Positions 1-7,303 of a DNA stretch of 41,769 nt are shown one piece after another (within the stretch, counting starts at the first letter, position 1; each line of letters opens with the position of its first letter). This DNA is from Acidobacteriota bacterium (GTDB lineage Bacteria > Acidobacteriota > Polarisedimenticolia > J045): assembly GCA_027021395.1 (NCBI GenBank), contig JALUUK010000408.1, forward strand, positions 1-41,769, given 5' to 3'. The notes under the pieces were generated by a model, which ran no database searches, was not told the origin of the DNA, and saw only the letters and a program-made list of their open reading frames with translations. Made by a program: the position numbers and the translations under genes.

Positions 1-306
1 TCAGACGGATCGGACAGATCATCCCTCGGCACCGGCCGGGGCGTCGGTGGTGCTGCCTCGGCTGCCGGTGGAGGTGTGGGAGCCCGGCCGAGACGATCGG
101 TCGCTGTATCGGCTGCTGCGGGCGTACTGGACCGAGCACGGGCCGGGGATCGAGGCGGCCGGCATCGACGCGGACACGTTCACGGCCGCCGTCCTGGCCG
201 CTCGGGCCCAGCCACGCACGGACCCGCAGCGTTACGCCGAGCGCTGCCTGGAGCTCGGCCTGACGGAGAACTGGCTCGCCCAGGGCCGCGCCTGGCGCCG
301 CCGGCA
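1..306 (+). repeat. Imperfect direct repeat, copy 1 (copy 2 at 40891..41196)
   Basis: By eye about 10 mismatches in 306 nt; first 126 nt identical. Confidence 0.95.
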
Positions 307-352
307 ACGTCTGACGGCTCAACGGCTCGCAACGCACGGAGTGCCACGATGA
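1..352 (+). CDS. Putative replication initiator, C-terminal part (5' truncated); paralog of 40349..41242
   Basis: Near-identical to the C-terminus of 40349..41242 (VLPRLPVEVWEPGRDDRSLYRLL...). Confidence 0.7.
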   Translation, partial: QTDRTDHPSAPAGASVVLPRLPVEVWEPGRDDRSLYRLLRAYWTEHGPGIEAAGIDADTFTAAVLAARAQPRTDPQRYAERCLELGLTENWLAQGRAWRRRQRLTAQRLATHGVPR

Positions 353-516
353 GGCAGAACAGCCGCACCATATGGCCTGGGATTGCGCTTACTCTGGCGA
401 TAGTCATAGCCGTCGAGTTCGCGGCTCTGACCAAGGTGGATCGGACCGGAGCTGCGAGGGCTTCTGCCGACCGCGAACTTGATCGCGATGCTTCCGCGCC
501 TCGCCAATGCTCTTGA
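349..516 (+). CDS. Small putative membrane protein
   Basis: ATGA overlap with upstream stop; hydrophobic IWPGIALTLAIVIAVEFAAL. Confidence 0.4.
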   Translation: MRQNSRTIWPGIALTLAIVIAVEFAALTKVDRTGAARASADRELDRDASAPRQCS

Positions 517-640
517 CGGCGCCATTCGGCTTCTGGATCGAACTATCGGCCCGGGCTGGCGCAAGGACTGGGCGTTCCGCGAAGTGCTGGATGAAGCGAT
601 CAAGCTCTGGAGCGAGACAAAAAAAGAGGGGTTGGCATGA
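488..640 (+). CDS. Small hypothetical protein (50 aa, not in the ORF track)
   Basis: Manual translation MLPRLANALDGAIRLLDRTIGPGWRKDWAFREVLDEAIKLWSETKKEGLA; stop overlaps the next ATG. Confidence 0.45.
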   Translation: MLPRLANALDGAIRLLDRTIGPGWRKDWAFREVLDEAIKLWSETKKEGLA

Positions 641-954
641 CCATATCCCAGGCGAAAGACGAAGTGGCAGCGGACCCGCTGGAGCGGGCGATGTTCCTCT
701 GCGAGGTACTGTGCGTTTTGTTGAGCCGACATCCGCGCAGGCGGATGCTGTTCATCGCCTGCCAGACGGAAGAGCACACCTGGGTCGTCATCTGCCGGCG
801 GCGGGACTGGCCGCGAGCGATCTGGCAGCTCGCCCGTTGGGCCTTCGACCGCTCGCTCCCGCTCCGGCCCCGCCACGCCCTCGGCCTGGCCGTGCGATTG
901 ACGCTGCAGGTCTTTCGCGGTCGGCGAAGCTCACTGACCGGCATGGAGCAATGA
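637..954 (+). CDS. Hypothetical phage protein; paralog of 41239..41577
   Basis: GAGGGG RBS, ATGA coupling at both ends; conserved in the second copy with mostly synonymous changes. Confidence 0.75.
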   Translation: MTISQAKDEVAADPLERAMFLCEVLCVLLSRHPRRRMLFIACQTEEHTWVVICRRRDWPRAIWQLARWAFDRSLPLRPRHALGLAVRLTLQVFRGRRSSLTGMEQ

Positions 955-1121
955 ACCTATCGACACGAAACGCGGTAGAGTCGGCGATTGACATGGCCAA
1001 ACACGACAGGCGGTCCACGTGGATGGACCTACTGCGTGCATTCAAGACGGTCGTGCGGCGGTACGGAGCGTCCAGCCAGCGACGCGGAAGAGGACATTGC
1101 ATTCGCAAGCGGCGGAGGTAG
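951..1121 (+). CDS. Small basic hypothetical protein
   Basis: ATGA coupling, GGAG RBS; MNLSTRNAVESAIDMAKHD... Confidence 0.5.
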   Translation: MNLSTRNAVESAIDMAKHDRRSTWMDLLRAFKTVVRRYGASSQRRGRGHCIRKRRR

Positions 1122-1124
1122 GAT

Positions 1125-1352
1125 ATGTGTATGACACCGAGCAAACCCATCATCTTGCGGGTCTCGACGCGGCTGCGCGAGAGGCTGGAGCGCGAGTGCG
1201 ACCGGAGGAAGTGCGAGCTGTCGGAGCTGGTGCGCTCGCTGCTGGCCGACGCCCTCGGCGATCCGTCGCTGGCCGAGATGCGACCGCCCCGGCGTCCGCG
1301 CAAGGACGAGTTGGAGTCGCCGCCCGGCGGCCGAGCCGATCACGACGACTGA
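1125..1352 (+). CDS. Ribbon-helix-helix (CopG/Arc-like) DNA-binding protein
   Basis: IILRVS strand plus two helices (RLRERLERECDRR; LSELVRSLLADAL); GGAGG RBS. Confidence 0.7.
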   Translation: MCMTPSKPIILRVSTRLRERLERECDRRKCELSELVRSLLADALGDPSLAEMRPPRRPRKDELESPPGGRADHDD

Positions 1353-1395
1353 CTGCCGATCGCCGGTTTTTTTTCGAAAAAATGTCATACAGATA

Positions 1396-1426
1396 TTGAC
1401 ACCGGCCGATAAGTGTAATACACTTA
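1396..1426 (+). promoter_or_regulatory. Sigma70-type promoter with overlapping palindromic operator
   Basis: TTGACA (1396-1401), 17-nt spacer, TACACT (1419-1424); perfect inverted repeat TAAGTGTA-A-TACACTTA at 1410-1426. Confidence 0.75.
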
Positions 1427-1528
1427 GGCCAGAGTGAGAGGCCGGCGCTGGGCCGGCCGAAAAGAAGTGGAGCCGGCGAGGCCGCCACCTCCCGGCTCCT
1501 GGGCCCCACCTGATAGGGAGGTGAGACC

Positions 1529-2041
1529 ATGAGTTACACTGGCACGACTCTGACGTGTGGTCAAGGGTACGGGGGACGAAAGCCCTGGATCGCTCGGATC
1601 AGCGGCACCGACAGCAAGTACGGATTCGATCGTGAGTTCCTGAGCGTCCGCATGTCCTACAGCCGCTCCGGTAAGACCGGTCGCGGCGAAGCGTACATCA
1701 CCGAGCCCGGCCTCTATCAGTGCCGGGATACCGGCCAGCGGGGCAACGAGGACCGCTTCTATGTCATCCTCCCCGACGCAGATGGCCAGCTTATCGAGCA
1801 TACGATCGACGAGGACGACGCACTGAAACTGGCGGCTCTGCTCGACGAGCATTCGATCGAACAGGCCGCTCGGATTGTCGACGGCGAGCTCCGTATCGGC
1901 CTGGCCGCTGACGATGCTCCGACGCTGGCCGGTTGCATTCAGCAGCTCGAAGCTGCCGTCGGCGAGGCTGGTGGCGCCGATAGTTCTGATCTGGCTCGTA
2001 CCGTCTCTGAGGTGCTCACGCAGCTCAGGCGCCTGGCGTGA
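1529..2041 (+). CDS. Hypothetical phage protein
   Basis: Strong GGAGGTGA RBS; KPWIARISGTDSKYGFDREFL resembles a recurrent phage motif. Confidence 0.75.
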   Translation: MSYTGTTLTCGQGYGGRKPWIARISGTDSKYGFDREFLSVRMSYSRSGKTGRGEAYITEPGLYQCRDTGQRGNEDRFYVILPDADGQLIEHTIDEDDALKLAALLDEHSIEQAARIVDGELRIGLAADDAPTLAGCIQQLEAAVGEAGGADSSDLARTVSEVLTQLRRLA

Positions 2042-2129
2042 TCACCTCCCTATCTCCGCGCGGGCGGGTCGGCGTGTTGTGCCGGCCCGCCGACGCGCGG
2101 CCCCCTTGGCTCTTGAGAGGAGCGATCCT

Positions 2130-3065
2130 ATGCGACGATTGATCTACTGTGCGAAGTGGAATTCCCTGCGCGGCGACCGGATTCCCGACGCGTCTGCCCC
2201 GTGGATACGAGTCGGCTTACCCGGTGGCGCATGGGCGATCTGCGTCTGTGACGATCCCGAGGCCCCCGTACCGGCCGGCTGGCAGGAAGCCAGCCGAGAC
2301 GATCGGCTGCCCGTCTCCGCTGCGGAGATCGAACAGCAGGTCGAGCAGCTCAAGCGGCTCGGGTACGACGACGCGGCCGACCTGGTCGACGAGGACTACG
2401 TCCGATCCGTCCGGCACGACCCGGCGACCGAGTGGTATGCCTGGGTCGCACCGCTCGATCTGCTGTCGGACATCGAGGAGGCCGGTCGTATCTACGCTCA
2501 CGCGATGCTGTCCGTCGGGTCGCACCTGACGGAGGTCTGTGTGCGACCCCATGAGGACAGACGGCATTGGCTGGCCTGGGTAGGTATCGGCAGCCGCATG
2601 GAGGCGGTGATCGATGCCCGGCGTGCTTCCGCGTCCTTCGAGACGGCAGAAGAGGCCGAAAGCGCCGCCTTGGCGATCCTGCGGCCGCGGCGCAAGGCCT
2701 TCGAACGCGACCTGCGGACGCGGCTGGCCGGCTGGGCGGACGAAGCAATCCAGCGGATTCTGACCGGCCGCGTGCCGGTCGTCGCCGGCGTGTGGCCGTA
2801 TGCCCCGGAGCCGCGCGTGCGCGTGGCCGATCGGCGCGACACCGATCTCTGGTCCGTCACGCCCCGTCCGCCGGCGGACGATCTGCCGGATGTGCCGGCG
2901 ACGGTCGAGCGCGTCGCCTGGCGTGGCCGGCTGTGGACGCGGCCGCAACTGCGCCGGTTCCGGCGCTACTGTCGGATGAAAGGACAGGGCGACACCGAGC
3001 GAGCGCGAGCATTTCGCGAGTCGGCTCAGCAGATTGATCGGTTGTTGGGCGAGGCCGAGTCATGA
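2130..3065 (+). CDS. Hypothetical phage protein
   Basis: GAGGAG RBS before ATG 2130; long ORF coupled to the next gene. Confidence 0.7.
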   Translation: MRRLIYCAKWNSLRGDRIPDASAPWIRVGLPGGAWAICVCDDPEAPVPAGWQEASRDDRLPVSAAEIEQQVEQLKRLGYDDAADLVDEDYVRSVRHDPATEWYAWVAPLDLLSDIEEAGRIYAHAMLSVGSHLTEVCVRPHEDRRHWLAWVGIGSRMEAVIDARRASASFETAEEAESAALAILRPRRKAFERDLRTRLAGWADEAIQRILTGRVPVVAGVWPYAPEPRVRVADRRDTDLWSVTPRPPADDLPDVPATVERVAWRGRLWTRPQLRRFRRYCRMKGQGDTERARAFRESAQQIDRLLGEAES

Positions 3066-3379
3066 ACGAGATTCGCACTCATTCCGTCTGCCTGCGCATC
3101 GTCCGCCGCTACTTCGCCTGGCTCATGCCGGGCGCGGCGGACGATCTGTCGCAGACGGTGTGGGTCGCGGTGCTGGAGCATCCGGGCGAGCCGCTGCCGG
3201 TGGTGCGCCGGGCGGCGGTGCGTGGGTGCGAGCGGCTCGCCCGCGATCTCGGCTGGCGGCGGACACGGGACTCCCGCCGCCGGCGAGTCTGGATGAGAGA
3301 GTCCCAATGGCTTCGCCGCGGGCCGCGCCGCCAGGGTGCGCCCGTCGGCAATCAGAATAGGAGGAAGCGATGCAGTTGA
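3062..3379 (+). CDS. Hypothetical basic protein with C-terminal GAPxGNxN motif
   Basis: ATGA coupling; RQGAPVGNQNRRK. Confidence 0.55.
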   Translation: MNEIRTHSVCLRIVRRYFAWLMPGAADDLSQTVWVAVLEHPGEPLPVVRRAAVRGCERLARDLGWRRTRDSRRRRVWMRESQWLRRGPRRQGAPVGNQNRRKRCS

Positions 3380-4176
3380 GTATTCAGGTCTGCCCGGCGC
3401 CGGACGAAGTGCCCGCAGGCGCTGTGATCATCCAACGTCACGACCCCGACGGTGAGCCGATGCCGTGCCAGTTCTGCGACGGGACTGGTCGGCTGGACAA
3501 GTATCGCGGAGAGCCGTGTCGCAAGTGCGCCGGCAGCGGCCATGGCAAGTTCATTTGGGCAGCACGGTATCTCATCCGAACGGCGGGACAGATCGACGTC
3601 GCCGTCGAGTGGCTGGACTCGCTTGACCAATCTCGGCACCGCGTCGATCGCACGATCGGGCTGGCCGAGACTGGTGGCGGATACACCAATACGGGGCACG
3701 CGACGATCGTCTGCGGCCTGCGCGGCGAGCCACTGCCGTCGGTCGGCGGTCGCGCTGTGTGCGGTGGCGAGCACGCCAGGTTTTGGGTGCACGCCGCGAT
3801 GCTCATCGAATACGGCCACCATCGCGGGCAGGGATGCGGCGACGTATCGCTCGTCGCCATCGACCGCCGCGCGCCGCAGATGGTCGGCATCCAGCATGTT
3901 CGGCTCTGGGAGTTCGACGATGATCTTTCGGAGGTCGTCGTCCGCTCGCCGGAGTACCTGCGGCACAACTACGAGCGCGAGACGATTGACCTGGAATTCC
4001 CGCGCGAGGCGGTACAGGCCGCCATGCGCAAATCACGGGACTACCATTGCCGATCGGCCTACTACGCGGCCGGCACTTACGCACATGGGCCGAGCGGCGC
4101 GCTGCGCGGTGCCGGCGCCGCATGCGGCGGGCTCCCCTCGCCGCACAAGGGACCGGGCATCGGATACACGTCGTAG
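3370..4176 (+). CDS. Hypothetical protein with CxxCxGxG zinc-finger pair
   Basis: CQFCDGTG...CRKCAGSG; AGGAGG RBS. Confidence 0.7.
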   Translation: MQLSIQVCPAPDEVPAGAVIIQRHDPDGEPMPCQFCDGTGRLDKYRGEPCRKCAGSGHGKFIWAARYLIRTAGQIDVAVEWLDSLDQSRHRVDRTIGLAETGGGYTNTGHATIVCGLRGEPLPSVGGRAVCGGEHARFWVHAAMLIEYGHHRGQGCGDVSLVAIDRRAPQMVGIQHVRLWEFDDDLSEVVVRSPEYLRHNYERETIDLEFPREAVQAAMRKSRDYHCRSAYYAAGTYAHGPSGALRGAGAACGGLPSPHKGPGIGYTS

Positions 4177-4187
4177 GACCGAGCTTG

Positions 4188-4988
4188 ATGACCGTCTACG
4201 GATATTGCCGCGTATCCGTAGATCGGACGGAGTCGATCTCGATCAAGACACAGATGCAGCTCATCAGGGAGTACGTTGAGCGGCGGCTGCCGGACGCAGG
4301 CGAACTGCGCTATGTCGTGGATCGCGGCGTGTCGGGCAGCGTGCCGCTCTTTTCGCGTCCGGCCGGACGCCAGCTCCGATCGCTGCAGCGCGGCGACCAC
4401 CTGGTCGTCGCGAAACTGGACCGGGCGTTTCGGTCGGTCCTGGACGGCGCAGCGGTCCTGAGCGAGCTGACGGACGCCGGCGTCGGCGTCCATTGCCTCG
4501 ACGTGCAGGTCGACACGACCACACCCGTCGGCCGCGCGATGCTCCACATGCTGATGACGTTCGCCGAGCTCGAGCGCGAGCGGATCGGTGAGCGGCTGCG
4601 CGCGGCGAACAGACAGCGTCGCCGGCAGGGTCTGCCGTGTGTGCCGACGGAACGCGCGCCGCTCGGCTGGCGAGTGGTCGAGACACGCGACGGACGCCGA
4701 TTTCGCCCGCGACCGGGCGAGCGGAAGAAGTGTCTGACGTTGCTCCGGCTGCGCCGGCGGGGGATGACCTACCGGGAGCTGTGGGAGTATTGCCGGCGGC
4801 GCCGCTGGCGGAACCGGCAGGGGCGGCTCTGGACTCGGGCCCGCATCCGCCGGGCGATAGTCGCGGCCCGCGAGGGATTCCCCCTCGTGAGCGAGGATAG
4901 CCGTCGCTGGGGCGCCGAAAGCGACCGCCCGCGTCACCGGCGACGCCGGCGCGAAAAAATCATTGGCGCTCGACACAGGCAGAGGTAA
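4188..4988 (+). CDS. Serine recombinase (resolvase/invertase family)
   Basis: YGYCRVS catalytic Ser; DRGVSG; GDHLVVAKLDRAFRS; FAELERERIGER. Confidence 0.92.
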   Translation: MTVYGYCRVSVDRTESISIKTQMQLIREYVERRLPDAGELRYVVDRGVSGSVPLFSRPAGRQLRSLQRGDHLVVAKLDRAFRSVLDGAAVLSELTDAGVGVHCLDVQVDTTTPVGRAMLHMLMTFAELERERIGERLRAANRQRRRQGLPCVPTERAPLGWRVVETRDGRRFRPRPGERKKCLTLLRLRRRGMTYRELWEYCRRRRWRNRQGRLWTRARIRRAIVAAREGFPLVSEDSRRWGAESDRPRHRRRRREKIIGARHRQR

Positions 4989-5068
4989 TATGGAAACAAC
5001 CTTCCTCTCAGTACCTGAGCACACTGAGAGACAAGTTCCCACCTCACCGTTCGCGGTGAGGACACTGC

Positions 5069-5111
5069 TGGCGGTGTGGGGTGGCCTGCAGCCCCACGCC
5101 GCTGTTTTTTT
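5069..5111 (+). terminator. Intrinsic terminator
   Basis: GCGGTGTGGGG...CCCCACGCCGC stem followed by a T-tract. Confidence 0.7.
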
Positions 5112-5252
5112 GCCCCCTCCGGATCAGCTTGATGTCCCGGTTCTGAATCCGAAGGCACCCGGCGGCTTGCGCAGCCGAAGGAAGAAAGATTGCGGTCGCT
5201 GAGTCGCCGGTCATTTGCAACGCCGCGTGGGCTAGGGTATGCTCGGGTCGTC

Positions 5253-5651
5253 ATGGCCAAGCTACCGATTCTCATCAGCCTGTTCGGACTCGGGATTTGT
5301 CTCGCCGTCGGCGGAGAGGCGCCACCCCCGCAGCCGCAACTGGTCCTACCGGGTCGCGTCGTCCGGGTCGTTGACGGCGACACGCTCGACGTAGAAGTGA
5401 CCCTTCGCGTGCGCGTGCGACTCCTGGATTGCTGGGCGCCGGAGGTGCGGACCGAGCAGGGCAAGAAGGCGGCTCAGCGAATGCGCGAGCTGGTGAAGGA
5501 TGGCAAGTGCCGGCTCGTGGTGCCGCTCCCGGCCGACGGCGAGCTCAGACGCTGCTTCACCTTCGGCCGAGTGCTTGGCCGAGTCTATTGCGGCGGTCAA
5601 GATGTCGGCCGGCAGTTGGTGCGGGAGGGACTCGCCAGCTCCCACAAGTGA
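5253..5651 (+). CDS. Secreted thermonuclease (SNase family)
   Basis: Signal-like N-terminus; VVRVVDGDTLDV, VRLLDCWAPE, FGRVLG, LVREGLA. Confidence 0.88.
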   Translation: MAKLPILISLFGLGICLAVGGEAPPPQPQLVLPGRVVRVVDGDTLDVEVTLRVRVRLLDCWAPEVRTEQGKKAAQRMRELVKDGKCRLVVPLPADGELRRCFTFGRVLGRVYCGGQDVGRQLVREGLASSHK

Positions 5652-5758
5652 ATCCGAGTAGCGGCCGTCACTGGAATTAACCCTTGACCCGCCGCCTGGC
5701 CGCGCGGAGCAGAACGTCCCGGGCCCACGCCGCTGTTTGTGGGCGCAGGCGGTCGCGG

Positions 5759-7303
5759 CTACCAGTCGTAGACCGCTCGGAGGAAACCCGAGTGGAGCAG
5801 CCAATTGTTGAGGTGAGTCACGGCGATTTTCGACGTCGGCTCCGGTCCGTAGTCTTCCGCTGCCAGCCAGTAGCTCAGAATTTGGTTGCCGCCGAGCAGC
5901 CAGGCTTCGGTGCGGTAATCCTCCGGATAGCCGTTGGCGAGCAATGGATGGCCCGGCTGGAGGACTTCGCCGACTGGATAGGGGTACGGATCCGGAAAAG
6001 GTGTGCCCGGCTTCGCATACTCCCGCGACCAGAAATCCAGCGACAATCCCAATCCGCTCAGCAGTTCGGTCCACCAGCGATTCGTCATCGGCGGCGGGAC
6101 TTGCGGCAAATTGGCGTGGCCGCCGGCGGTCAATAACGAGAGTGACAAGTGATTGACCGGCGGCATCAGCAGGAGGCGCTTATTGCCGAGGCTTAGCCAG
6201 CGTTTCAACTCAGCCAACTGATCGGCAAAAGCCGCCGGTGACAATTCACCGATCAAGATCACCAGCTTAGCTTGATCCGGCAGTCTCGTGGCGGAGCGGG
6301 GCGATCCGTCGGACGCGTAGCCGACGCACGTCGCCGCGTCGAATCCGAAGGTGCCCCAGACATAGCCCCGTGGATCGGCCACTGTCGATGCACCGCGAAA
6401 CCCAAACCGGTAGAACCATTGTTCGGAAGCGCTGAAGCCAGCCCGGGTGTCCTCGAAGCAGCCAGCAGGATTCCACAGCACGACCCGGATCGCACCGCAA
6501 TCGGACGTATCGTACGCGGCGCCGTAGGGATCGTCGATCGTCGGATCATCCGCATTGAGGTCGGGGCGATACAGGGCGAATGGGGCGAACGATGCGCCGG
6601 CATTCGTTAAGCCGTCGTGGCCGGCGGGGCGGTGCCGAAGGTAGGGGTACCAGGATCCGTTTCCGGCACAATCGAGGCACCCGAATTGCAAGACGATTGA
6701 TCTCACCTCGACGAGGTAGTACCCGCCCCAGCTCGCGTTCAAGACCGGCAGGAGAAGCGAGAGCGGCTGGCCGAAATGCATGTTGGCCGGCTCTGGGAAG
6801 ACGCCGAAAGGATCGATGTAGGCCCATGTGTACCAAGGGCGAGGCTGTGCTCCGAAGACCGCACCGCCAGCCGTGCACCACCCCCCGACGATGCATCGCA
6901 AATTTGCTCGGTCGACTCGTCCGATTGCCACGGGGATCACTTGCCGGCCGGTCGGGGTCAGCGCGTCGACGAGAAGTCGCCAGACAGCGCCGTTCTGCCG
7001 GATCCAAGTGATTTCGTAAGGGCTGAGCCGGCCACTGAGGAATCCGGACTGACGCATGGGTGACAGATCGGCTGCCTTCCAGTACGGGTAATCGCTGAAA
7101 TAGTCCCAATAGATTGTCGCTCCATTACGGTCGAACCCGTCGCTCGACCAGTCAGTCAGCGTCGGCTGGGGCAGGATCGGGAACGCGATTTCCGTTGAGA
7201 GCGGGCAGGGAATCGGATCGTCCCCGGTCGTGATGAGCGTATCGCCCTCGGGATGAACGTAGCCGGTCTCTCGGCCAGTGCTGAGCCATCGCAACTCGGT
7301 CAT
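5759..7303 (-). CDS. Large hypothetical protein, last gene of the late operon (possible tail tip/receptor-binding)
   Basis: 514-aa aromatic-rich ORF coupled to 7300..9195; function inferred from position only. Confidence 0.6.
   Translation of the reverse strand: MTELRWLSTGRETGYVHPEGDTLITTGDDPIPCPLSTEIAFPILPQPTLTDWSSDGFDRNGATIYWDYFSDYPYWKAADLSPMRQSGFLSGRLSPYEITWIRQNGAVWRLLVDALTPTGRQVIPVAIGRVDRANLRCIVGGWCTAGGAVFGAQPRPWYTWAYIDPFGVFPEPANMHFGQPLSLLLPVLNASWGGYYLVEVRSIVLQFGCLDCAGNGSWYPYLRHRPAGHDGLTNAGASFAPFALYRPDLNADDPTIDDPYGAAYDTSDCGAIRVVLWNPAGCFEDTRAGFSASEQWFYRFGFRGASTVADPRGYVWGTFGFDAATCVGYASDGSPRSATRLPDQAKLVILIGELSPAAFADQLAELKRWLSLGNKRLLLMPPVNHLSLSLLTAGGHANLPQVPPPMTNRWWTELLSGLGLSLDFWSREYAKPGTPFPDPYPYPVGEVLQPGHPLLANGYPEDYRTEAWLLGGNQILSYWLAAEDYGPEPTSKIAVTHLNNWLLHSGFLRAVYDW

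Noticed and set aside
1-306. Physical direct terminal repeat or simple circular overlap
   Set aside because: The copies differ at about 10 positions, the second copy is not terminal, and the downstream genes differ
4188-7303. Gin/Cin-type tail-fibre inversion system
   Set aside because: No inverted crossover sites or alternative reversed fibre cassette identified by eye
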